Shown here piece by piece: positions 25,882 to 33,276 of a DNA stretch of 40,589 bases. Under the pieces are notes generated by a model. That model saw nothing but the letters and a program-made list of their open reading frames with translations, had not been told where the DNA came from and searched no databases. The stretch is from a virus. The translations under genes and the position numbers were made by a program. Where the stretch lies: IMG/VR virus record IMGVR_UViG_3300020215_000039, one strand, 5' to 3'. Within the stretch, counting starts at the first letter, position 1. Every line of letters starts with the position of its first letter.

Positions 25882-27153
25882 GTGAAAAGACTAGTAATAG
25901 CATTAGGACTGCTCTTTGTAGGGAGTAATTTGTATGCAACGCACTTATTCAGAAACAACGCTTCAAATATTAACGCGGGGACCCTCCCAAATGCACGCTT
26001 AGATCCTTCCAGCGTCACTCTTCAGGGAAACAACATTTCTATTTCTACCACATCGCAAGGGTTTTCTCTGTATAAATCAACAGCAGAGCAGTTGTTTGGT
26101 GGATTTGATGTGTTCAGAACGACAGCACAAACTAGAATCAACAACCTTGATTCAAGCACAGCTACGCTTGCAACAGCAATCTCAACAACTGGGGTTGTGT
26201 TCCGTTCAGAATTGAACAACATCGTATCGACAAACATTGTAAATGGAACAATCCAGCTTGCTGATGTGGCCGCTAGTGTATTTATTACTTCCGGTTCCCA
26301 GACGGTTGATCAATTCCACTTAAAAAACACCACAGTAACAGCCGGACAGTACACAAATGCAAATATTTCAATTGATGCCGATGGACGGATTGTTGAAGCT
26401 GCTAATGGTGCGGGAAGCGCTGCTACCAGCACGAGCGCAGCCGTTTATAACTTGGTTGTTACTACAGTGGCGAATAATCGCAATCAAATTGCTGTGACGG
26501 CCGACTCCATCGATATTATGGGTTTTACGGCGGCGCTCTCAACCATCTGCGATATTTCGAAAGTGGGAGCTGGTGGCTTAAATACTGGATCTGAGCAAGC
26601 TGAGACTCGTTATGCTTATTGGGCTATTTCGGATGGAAGCACAAATACAGTCATATTTTCTCTTGATACGGCGGATATAAAGACGGGTCCACCGTTAATG
26701 CCGGCAGGATATACAAAGTGGCGCAAACTTGGCTCAGTTTACAACAAGGGTAATTCCGATATTCGCGCTTTCCATAAGAAAATGCGGAATGTCACACTTT
26801 TAGAGCAAACACCTATCATTAATGACTCTGATGTTCAGGCGACTGAAGTGGTTGTTGATATTAGCTCTACAGTGCCACCAGATGTTTCTCAGGTCTGCTT
26901 TAATATTAACCCTACACAAGCAGATTCTACAGAGCTTGGATTATTTTTCTACCCACAAGGTTATACTTTTTCGGCCAACAACGTGGACGGAGGGCAGCCG
27001 TTTACCTGGTTCTTCAATTTCGCCGTCAATGATCAATTCATTGATTCAAAATGTTTCAACATGGCTAGTACGCGCAATGTGGTTTATCGTCAATATGCTG
27101 CTGTTGGAGCTATGAAGGCCGGAATTTATAACTATGTGGAGGCTTACCCATGA
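25882..27153 (+). CDS. Tail-fibre-like protein with signal peptide
   Basis: 423 aa, GTG start with AAGGAG upstream. N-terminus MKRLVIALGLLFVGSNLYA|TH. Fibre-type motif VTAGQYTNANISIDADGRIVEAANG. Confidence 0.7.
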   Translation: MKRLVIALGLLFVGSNLYATHLFRNNASNINAGTLPNARLDPSSVTLQGNNISISTTSQGFSLYKSTAEQLFGGFDVFRTTAQTRINNLDSSTATLATAISTTGVVFRSELNNIVSTNIVNGTIQLADVAASVFITSGSQTVDQFHLKNTTVTAGQYTNANISIDADGRIVEAANGAGSAATSTSAAVYNLVVTTVANNRNQIAVTADSIDIMGFTAALSTICDISKVGAGGLNTGSEQAETRYAYWAISDGSTNTVIFSLDTADIKTGPPLMPAGYTKWRKLGSVYNKGNSDIRAFHKKMRNVTLLEQTPIINDSDVQATEVVVDISSTVPPDVSQVCFNINPTQADSTELGLFFYPQGYTFSANNVDGGQPFTWFFNFAVNDQFIDSKCFNMASTRNVVYRQYAAVGAMKAGIYNYVEAYP

Positions 27154-27593
27154 AGCGTTACGCACTTGCATTTCTCTTAATTCCTTCAATTTTATGCGCT
27201 GAGGTTGTTGTTTATCACACCGGGACAGGAAAGTTGATCCGTTCTGTTCCCGGCAAGCTCTCTAACTATTCAGCAGAGCAAATTGCAAATCTCAAAGAAA
27301 ATAATGCTGATTATGCTGTGAAAGAGTTTACTGGTGATGAGGTGTTAAGCAGCGATTTGGAATTTAAAAAGATAGAAAATGGCTCGGTGGTTAGCAAATC
27401 TCAGGCCGAGATAGACGAAATTAAAGTTCAAAGGCAAATTACTCTAATCGATTCACGGATCGTAAAGTTAAAGAAGCAAGAGATCGAATATCTCGAAGCA
27501 GCCAAAGAAGGCGTTGATGTTGCAGCTTCAACGGCATCAATCAGGGTAAAGATCGATGCGCTTAAAGCGGAGAAAGCTGCATTACAGGAATAA
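27150..27593 (+). CDS. Signal-peptide plus coiled-coil protein (147 aa)
   Basis: ATGA coupling. N-terminus MKRYALAFLLIPSILCA|EV. Confidence 0.75.
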   Translation: MKRYALAFLLIPSILCAEVVVYHTGTGKLIRSVPGKLSNYSAEQIANLKENNADYAVKEFTGDEVLSSDLEFKKIENGSVVSKSQAEIDEIKVQRQITLIDSRIVKLKKQEIEYLEAAKEGVDVAASTASIRVKIDALKAEKAALQE

Positions 27594-27601
27594 TAATTTG
27601 A

Positions 27602-27940
27602 ATGGAAGAACTTATATTAAAACTTCTCAAAGAGCCGAACGGATGGATTGTCGTTTTAGGCTACTTAGCTCTTAAATATGGGAATATTTTGGTCAAAAAA
27701 TCCCAAGGTAAGTATGTTAGCTGCAAGGAAACGCAGGAAAAGCTCGACGCTTTGGATAGCAAGGTCAATCTTCATCTAAAGGAATCGGAAATGAACGTTG
27801 TTAAATTGGAAAAGCTCGAATCGTCACAAATTCAAATAAATGCAAACTTAGAAAAGGAAAATGAACGGTTACGTGAATCCATAATAAAAATATTTGACAA
27901 CATGGATAAGCTCAAGGATATTCTGCTGAATAAAAAATAA
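27602..27940 (+). CDS. N-terminal TM plus coiled-coil protein (i-spanin- or holin-like lysis candidate)
   Basis: 112 aa. Hydrophobic segment GWIVVLGYLALKYGNILV followed by a coiled coil. Lies directly upstream of the endolysin. Confidence 0.45.
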   Translation: MEELILKLLKEPNGWIVVLGYLALKYGNILVKKSQGKYVSCKETQEKLDALDSKVNLHLKESEMNVVKLEKLESSQIQINANLEKENERLRESIIKIFDNMDKLKDILLNKK

Positions 27941-28071
27941 TGGCTTTCATTTGTTGCCGGTGTGCTCAAGCAATTATTTGGGGGCAAGAAATGGGAGAAA
28001 AGCAGCTCAATGAGCATGGCGAATCAAGAATCGAATATTACCATGTTCATTGCCCAGAGGATACACAATGA
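27940..28071 (+). CDS. Small zinc-ribbon-like protein (43 aa)
   Basis: TAATG and ATGA overlaps with both neighbours. Motifs CCRC ... HVHC. Confidence 0.4.
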   Translation: MAFICCRCAQAIIWGQEMGEKQLNEHGESRIEYYHVHCPEDTQ

Positions 28072-28637
28072 AGTGGATCGCAATTGACCCGAGCGTTAGT
28101 TTGACCCCATCTATTAGCAGGACTATTGATTTAATTGATGTCTACTTCGACAAACTCCCATCCACAATATCTTCAGGTTACCGAACAGGCGAAAAGCAGT
28201 TAGAAGTCATAATCGATTACCTTAAAAGACATGGACTATATAACTTTGAAGGCTTTAACACATTTGTCGGAAACAGTGTGAATTTCAAAGTCAAATACGA
28301 CGATCACGAGTTTTACTGGTGGCAAAAAGGGTGGTCCAAGCTTTTGAATATTGGCGTTATTGTAAATCCGCCTGTTCCAGCGAAGGTCCTCTATGACTAT
28401 TGGGACTGGATTACCAATAAAGAAGGAAAGCGCGAGAAAATCAACAAAAAGGGTACAGAGATAGGAATATCCAACCACATGAGAGGAAACTCTTTTGATG
28501 TGGCTGGTGGCAGTAACTTATCAGAGAAGGCAAAAAGAGTTATGCGTGCGTATGAAGAAGGCAAGTGTTTCATTACGAATTACCGTATCGAACGCAATAA
28601 TAATGCGGTTCATGTGGATGTTGAGCCATTAAGATAA
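28068..28637 (+). CDS. Endolysin, peptidase M15 (VanY / L-Ala-D-Glu peptidase-like)
   Basis: Motifs SGYRT, SNHMRGNSFDV and NAVHVDV (H-D-H zinc-ligand pattern). ATG 28068 is preferred over TTG 28050. Confidence 0.8.
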   Translation: MKWIAIDPSVSLTPSISRTIDLIDVYFDKLPSTISSGYRTGEKQLEVIIDYLKRHGLYNFEGFNTFVGNSVNFKVKYDDHEFYWWQKGWSKLLNIGVIVNPPVPAKVLYDYWDWITNKEGKREKINKKGTEIGISNHMRGNSFDVAGGSNLSEKAKRVMRAYEEGKCFITNYRIERNNNAVHVDVEPLR

Positions 28638-28708
28638 CCTTGAAATATGCCAGTTAAGTAAAGGATTTTCAAGGTCAGTGTACACAATAGTGTACAAGGC
28701 GGTAGTGC

Positions 28709-29428
28709 TTGATCTGGACACCGTACGAAGAAAAGCAGCTAATTCAGTTAAGGGCCAAAGGTAAGACAACTAGAGAAATTGCTAACGCACTTCACAGGTC
28801 ATACGAGTCAATAGAGCATAAGATTCATAGACTCGGATTAGAGTTTAAAAGGGAAGAAAAGAAAAAGAAAGAGCGCATCGCATTTGGTGATCTGGAATGC
28901 AGTTCTTTAACAGCTTCGTTTGGAATAATTTACACGTTTTGTCTGAAGAAGTTAGATGGCCCAATTATTAAGAGGAAGATAGATTTAAAAGATTTACACA
29001 GTGGGTTGTACGACAAGAATTTGGTTAAGCAGTTTATTGAAGACTGCGAGGAATTTGACAGGCTGGTCTTTCACTACGGGACAGACAGGAAATTCGATCT
29101 CCCCTTCATAAGAACAAGGGCCGTTTATTGGGGACTCCCATTTCCAGAACATAAGTTTATGTGGGTTGGGGATACCCACCCCATCTTAAAAAACAAATTC
29201 AAATTGCACTCCAATAGACTAGAGGCAGCTTGCGACTTCTTTGGTATTCCATCTAAAAAACACAGATTGAATACGGATATTTGGCTTAAGATGATTACCG
29301 GAAACAAGAAGCTAATGCAAGAAGCGATTGATTACATCATGATTCATAATGTTGAGGACGTTGTTAGTTTAGAGCTTTTGTGGAAGAAAATTTACAAATA
29401 CGTTCCCTACGTTAACACGAGCATTTAA
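28709..29428 (+). CDS. HTH domain fused to an RNase H-like (DnaQ/YprB-type) 3'-5' exonuclease domain
   Basis: 239 aa, TTG start. N-terminus LRAKGKTTREIANAL...IHRLGL. Exo motifs FGDLECS, HYGTDRKFDLPF and HNVEDV. Confidence 0.6.
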   Translation: MIWTPYEEKQLIQLRAKGKTTREIANALHRSYESIEHKIHRLGLEFKREEKKKKERIAFGDLECSSLTASFGIIYTFCLKKLDGPIIKRKIDLKDLHSGLYDKNLVKQFIEDCEEFDRLVFHYGTDRKFDLPFIRTRAVYWGLPFPEHKFMWVGDTHPILKNKFKLHSNRLEAACDFFGIPSKKHRLNTDIWLKMITGNKKLMQEAIDYIMIHNVEDVVSLELLWKKIYKYVPYVNTSI

Positions 29429-29430
29429 AA

Positions 29431-29748
29431 ATGACAAATGAAGAGTTTGAGAAGATTATTCAAGAAAGAATTTCTGATACGTTGCGGCGTTTAATCGTCA
29501 AAGGCAAGGAATATGGCTCAACAGACCGTCTGCATAACTTTAAACGCGCGGCACAGGTGTTGGGATGTACACCGGAAAGAGCATTGGTTGGTTTTAAAAC
29601 TAAGCATACAGTTTCACTCTTAGACATCATTGATGGCATAGATAAAGGCAAGAACCCATCAAGGGAAATGTGGGATGAGAAGATAGGGGACGAGATAGCC
29701 TATTGCCTGTTGCTCGATGCAGTAGTCTCAGAAAGATTAAAAGTGTAA
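29431..29748 (+). CDS. DUF1599-like (nucleotide-modification-associated domain 1) protein
   Basis: 105 aa. KGKEYGSTDRLHNFKRAA resembles the recalled DUF1599 core. Low certainty. Confidence 0.4.
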   Translation: MTNEEFEKIIQERISDTLRRLIVKGKEYGSTDRLHNFKRAAQVLGCTPERALVGFKTKHTVSLLDIIDGIDKGKNPSREMWDEKIGDEIAYCLLLDAVVSERLKV

Positions 29749-29787
29749 CAAAAGTTACATTTTATGTAACTATAAGATATCACAAAT

Positions 29788-30012
29788 ATGGAAAAAGACG
29801 GAAGACTTAAAATCATCGAGAACCACTGTAAAGAATTGATGAAATTCTTTGACTCAGTGCAGATATTTTGTACCAAGGCAGACAAGGACAATGGTGGTAG
29901 TCTTGCAAACTATGAATATGGAGACGGAAACTATCTCGCCCGCTTTGGGCAGATAAAAATGTACGTAATTAGGGAAGAGGAAGCTACCCGGAGGTCAGTG
30001 GATGATGATTGA
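29788..30012 (+). CDS. Hypothetical protein (74 aa)
   Basis: Track ORF. Confidence 0.6.
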   Translation: MEKDGRLKIIENHCKELMKFFDSVQIFCTKADKDNGGSLANYEYGDGNYLARFGQIKMYVIREEEATRRSVDDD

Positions 30013-30080
30013 TGCATTATCGCCATTCGTGATAATAGCGCTTGGCCTCATCTGGGGGAACCTTTGCACAGGAGGAGAAA

Positions 30081-30311
30081 ATGACAAGACGGTTTGATTA
30101 TTTAGGAATCTTAATCTTAACGGCCCTTATAGGGTTTATGGCTTATTTTATGACTGGGTGCAATGGCGCATATAAGAGAGCTTACAAACAAGATTTGATA
30201 AATATAAAGACAAAGATCACAAAAATCAAGGATGAGCCGCACTTTAAACACTACTATAGCTTGAGCGAGTTGGAATACTATTTAGAGTTAAGGCTCAGAA
30301 GATTACAGTGA
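30081..30311 (+). CDS. Putative lipoprotein (76 aa)
   Basis: GGAGGAG (30071-77) lies upstream of ATG 30081. N-terminus MTRRFDYLGILILTALIGFMAYFMTGC has a lipobox-like end. Confidence 0.55.
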   Translation: MTRRFDYLGILILTALIGFMAYFMTGCNGAYKRAYKQDLINIKTKITKIKDEPHFKHYYSLSELEYYLELRLRRLQ

Positions 30312-30380
30312 TTGACTGGTTGTTGAAGTGCATTGATGGTCTATTCTTAGGTTATACGATTAGGTTCAAGGCTAACGGAT

Positions 30381-30707
30381 ATGAAAATAAAAGAAAAACT
30401 GATCGCTTGGTGGATCGCAGGAGCATTAAAGAAAAACGGGTTAAGAAGAAAAATAACACTGGTAGTAGTGAAGCGTAAAATAGATAAATATTTCAGGAGG
30501 TTTGAAACTATGGAATCAAAGAAAATATGGCAATCAAAGACATTCTGGTTTAACCTGGTATCTGGTCTGGTTGGAGTGGTTGGGGTACTTCAGGGGAACG
30601 AATTAATTAATGACCCCAAGGTGCAGGCGGCCTTTGCGTCAGTCGTGTCAGTTGGCAATATCGTTTTGAGACTTTTAACGGATAAACCTATCGAGGGAAC
30701 GAAATAA
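30381..30707 (+). CDS. Small membrane protein, holin-like
   Basis: Strong internal start option at ATG 30510 (AGGAGG 30495-30500) gives MESKKIWQSKTFWFNLVSGLVGVVGVL... with two hydrophobic segments. Confidence 0.5.
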   Translation: MKIKEKLIAWWIAGALKKNGLRRKITLVVVKRKIDKYFRRFETMESKKIWQSKTFWFNLVSGLVGVVGVLQGNELINDPKVQAAFASVVSVGNIVLRLLTDKPIEGTK

Positions 30708-30708
30708 C

Positions 30709-30736
30709 TGCTACCGACTTTGCTACCGTGCTACCG
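30709..30736 (+). repeat. Three direct TGCTACCG repeats (left arm-type integrase site candidates)
   Basis: Copies at 30709-16, 30721-28 and 30729-36. Confidence 0.6.
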
Positions 30737-30837
30737 TGTTTTAAGGTTATTTGGATTACTTGCGTTACAACCAATTATTTCGTCAATTTTTGGTATTTTC
30801 CGTCGGAAATGTAGGTTATCGACGGTGAAAAAACTTC

Positions 30838-30883
30838 GGGGACGACGGGATTTGAACCCGCGATCTCTGCCTTGACAGGGCAA
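30838..30883 (-). other. attP core: 3' 46 nt of a tRNA-Asp(GTC), not a complete gene
   Basis: Reverse complement reads TTGCC-CTGTCAA-GGCAG / AGATC / GCGGG-TTCAAAT-CCCGT / CGTCCCC, then discriminator G. No matching 5' acceptor strand or D-arm upstream. Flanked by the 9-mer atcgacggt at 30818-26 and 30891-99. Confidence 0.75.
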
Positions 30884-30912
30884 TCGATGAATCGACGGTA
30901 AATGGCCTATTT

Positions 30913-30932
30913 TGCTACCGAAAACTGCTACC
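30913..30932 (+). repeat. Two further TGCTACC repeats (right arm)
   Basis: Copies at 30913-20 and 30926-32, in the same orientation as the left set. The last one abuts the integrase stop. Confidence 0.55.
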
Positions 30933-31903
30933 TAATAGGGTAATTTCTCTACTGGAACGAGGGCGGAATTCTGATGAGAGTAACGCTCAGTAGTTTTTAC
31001 TGTGGAGTGGCCAAGGGCATCTTTAGCTGGGGTTGATCCAACATTACGAACTAAATGAGTAGCAAAAGTGTGTCGAGTTGTATGCGTTGAACCTTGCAGC
31101 TTTGCTCTTTTCAACAATCTTTTCCAAAACCAATACAGCCCTGCTGGGCGTAAGCCGTTTAGAACAAACGAGCCTTTGCATTTAGGTTGCCATTTCAAAA
31201 GAGTTTCACGTAAAACGGGATGCAATTTAATGGTTCTTTCTTCATAGTTTTTTAATCTAAAGCCCGGTTTGCTTTTTAAGTGGATTAGGTCTTTCTTAAA
31301 ATCTATGTCACCCCACTCAATCTTGGTCATTTCCGTCCTTCTGAAGCCCGTATAAAGCGCCAAATCTACCCTTATTTTGCTTTGAATGTCGCTAGCTGTA
31401 TCGCGGAGTAGGTTAATCTGGTCTAATTCGAAATAACCCCTAATTTTGCGCGTTTCCTTGAGTTTTTTAACCGCTCTTAAATCGTAATAGTCTAAAATCT
31501 TCCACTCCATGGCTCTTCTCGCCATAGCCTTGATAGTGCCAAGTTCCCTATTAATGGTGGCCGGTGACTTTTTAGCTGAAACGCGGGCAGTTTTATATTG
31601 TTCCATGGCGTCGTTAGTGAATTCCCGCAATTTGTTTATTCTAGTGATATTAGTGAATGTGTCTATTGTGATTTTGTCTCTTTCATAGGTAGTTGCGGAA
31701 TGATTGGTTTTCGAATATGCTAAATACTTGTCCTTAAAATCATACCAATTCATTTCGCTCGTCGTTGATAGATCCATTTTTTCCAGAAGTTTACCATAGC
31801 GGATTTTGGCTTCCCGTTTATCATCTGTCTTTAACGAACGCCAAACTTTTTTCCCCTGATGATATATTGCGGCGTGGTATGTGTTTCCTCGTAATTTAAT
31901 CAT
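30932..31903 (-). CDS. int: Tyrosine recombinase / phage integrase
   Basis: 323 aa. Catalytic pattern YTGFRRTE (R), HTTRHTFATHL (HxxR), GHSTVKTTERYSH (H...Y). Adjacent to attP. Confidence 0.92.
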   Translation of the reverse strand: MIKLRGNTYHAAIYHQGKKVWRSLKTDDKREAKIRYGKLLEKMDLSTTSEMNWYDFKDKYLAYSKTNHSATTYERDKITIDTFTNITRINKLREFTNDAMEQYKTARVSAKKSPATINRELGTIKAMARRAMEWKILDYYDLRAVKKLKETRKIRGYFELDQINLLRDTASDIQSKIRVDLALYTGFRRTEMTKIEWGDIDFKKDLIHLKSKPGFRLKNYEERTIKLHPVLRETLLKWQPKCKGSFVLNGLRPAGLYWFWKRLLKRAKLQGSTHTTRHTFATHLVRNVGSTPAKDALGHSTVKTTERYSHQNSALVPVEKLPY

Positions 31904-32173
31904 TTAATACGAATCGCCCCTTGTGTCGATTGATGATATATAAACAATTCTTTTAGACGATGAGATTATGTAAAAGCAACGGAATTGTCCGACTCTGTAA
32001 CGATAGAGACCGGAGAGACTACCGTGGAGCCTTTTTATGCGTTTAGCGTGATGATAGGGGTTTTGTTCAAGGATTGGAACCATGTCTCTAAGTCGTTGCT
32101 TATAGCTTTCGCTAAGGCGCTCATATCGCTTAAAGGCATCGTTTGACCATCTTACTTCATATTTTGATGTCAT
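31904..32173 (-). CDS. RelE/ParE-family type II toxin
   Basis: 89 aa. Pattern YEVRWSNDAFKRYERL...NPYH...KRLHGSLSGLYRYRVGQFRCFYII...IVYISSIDTRGDSY matches the RelE/ParE fold signature. Confidence 0.8.
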   Translation of the reverse strand: MTSKYEVRWSNDAFKRYERLSESYKQRLRDMVPILEQNPYHHAKRIKRLHGSLSGLYRYRVGQFRCFYIISSSKRIVYISSIDTRGDSY

Positions 32174-32324
32174 CTCTTACACGAGAATGGCGGTTTGATT
32201 CAATCTGATGGATTCCGCTTTCAATCTCATGTACGAGCTTATTGTCGGATAGTATTTCTACGGTAAGTTTAAGAGACTCTAGCTTTTCTTTCATGGCTTT
32301 GTACTTCTTTGCGCTTATCGTCAT
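32157..32324 (-). CDS. Antitoxin candidate (55 aa, Phd/YefM C-terminal-like), not in the ORF track
   Basis: GGAGGA lies 6 nt upstream of the ATG. Overlaps the toxin start by 17 nt. Sequence MTISAKKYKAMKEKLESLKLTVEILSDNKLVHEIESGIHQIESNRHSRVRDDIKI. Confidence 0.65.
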   Translation of the reverse strand: MTISAKKYKAMKEKLESLKLTVEILSDNKLVHEIESGIHQIESNRHSRVRDDIKI

Positions 32325-32344
32325 TTTATATCCTCCATCTTTGA

Positions 32345-32373
32345 ATTATAGCCCCTTATTTGAAAATCTGCAA
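32345..32373 (-). promoter_or_regulatory. Near-consensus promoter for the TA pair (TTGCAG-17-TATAAT)
   Basis: Minus strand: -35 at 32373-32368, 17-nt spacer, -10 at 32350-32345. Confidence 0.6.
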
Positions 32374-32418
32374 CTACTTAAGTCTAAATTAGATTACCGC
32401 TTTGACGTCCAAGAAGAA

Positions 32419-32955
32419 TCATTTATGTATATCTTTTTTCCAGTGCGTTGATAGAATCTTTCCAGTATTTATATCTATTAACTTATAATAAATAGTGTCC
32501 GCAATTAGATTCCCGTGAGGACTTCTCAAACACGTCCAATAAAGAAAATGTGTCGCCCCAAGCATTTTGCCTATTTCAATTTCCTGGTCCTTTTTAACCA
32601 TTCCAGTCAAATGGAAATATTGCTCTTTGGCTATTTCATTCGTCGAGCTTCTGTCAACTATTTCAAAATTTTCATATTTACCTAAATATTTATAATATGT
32701 CTCTGCGACGCTATTATTAATTTGATTATGCACCATTTCCTTCCATTGTTCTAAATTTACACCTTGACTAGCAAACTCATATTCCGAAAAAGACGTTGTA
32801 ACATTCCCGTTAATCAATAATCTAACAGGCCGGCTGGTATTCAAAATTTTTATTATTTCTAATTGCGCTGGGCTGTAGTAGGTATTCCAAGATTTAGACG
32901 TTGAGGCGCATCCGATAAGAATCTGAGAAAGAAACAATAAAAGAGTTAGCCGCAT
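32419..32955 (-). CDS. Lipoprotein with a CsgG/LpoB-like domain (lysogeny-module moron)
   Basis: 178 aa. N-terminus MRLTLLLFLSQILIGC has a lipobox. FEIVDRSSTNEIAKEQ...TG...EIGKMLGATHFLY resembles the CsgG-family core. Confidence 0.6.
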   Translation of the reverse strand: MRLTLLLFLSQILIGCASTSKSWNTYYSPAQLEIIKILNTSRPVRLLINGNVTTSFSEYEFASQGVNLEQWKEMVHNQINNSVAETYYKYLGKYENFEIVDRSSTNEIAKEQYFHLTGMVKKDQEIEIGKMLGATHFLYWTCLRSPHGNLIADTIYYKLIDINTGKILSTHWKKDIHK

Positions 32956-33145
32956 ATCGATCTATACCTTTATGGTTCTAGAAGTAATAAAGTCTGGCTT
33001 TGAAACTAATTAAAGTCATAGCCATGTGAATGTGGCAATAACCGAGAAGGCGATCACTATCAGCATTGGTTCCCAAACAACCGTCCAAATATCAATAAAT
33101 AAACGAAAGAAGTTATTTTGCATACTACTCTTTTGCTTTTTCCTA

Positions 33146-33247
33146 TTAATTCATCCTTTGGCAAACCACACATCTTGAAACTATGTGCCCGTTTTTGCAA
33201 ACATTGCAATCCCCGATTGCGTGACACCGTGGACAGGTAATTTTCAT
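33146..33247 (-). CDS. Possible 33-aa triple-CxxC zinc peptide
   Basis: MKITCPRCHAIGDCNVCKNGHIVSRCVVCQRMN has three CxxC pairs, with AGGGAAG upstream. Alternative to track ORF 33060..33275. Confidence 0.35.
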   Translation of the reverse strand: MKITCPRCHAIGDCNVCKNGHIVSRCVVCQRMN

Positions 33248-33276
33248 CTTCCCTGTCCCTAAGCAGATCTCGCAAC

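Noticed and set aside
30838-30910. A complete tRNA gene next to int
   Set aside because: Only the anticodon arm, variable loop, T-arm and 3' acceptor strand are present. The upstream sequence (ggccatttaccgtcgattcatcga in tRNA orientation) has no GGGGACG 5' acceptor strand and no D-arm. It is an attP core fragment.
32242-32451. Plus-strand 69-aa ORF
   Set aside because: It is antisense to the antitoxin ORF, its SD and its TTGCAG-17-TATAAT promoter. The sequence is hydrophobic and low-complexity, typical of a shadow frame.
33060-33275. 71-aa minus-strand track ORF after the repressor
   Set aside because: It has only a TTG start with no SD. The same DNA contains a 33-aa frame with three CxxC pairs and a better SD. 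Neither is certain, so both are kept at low weight.
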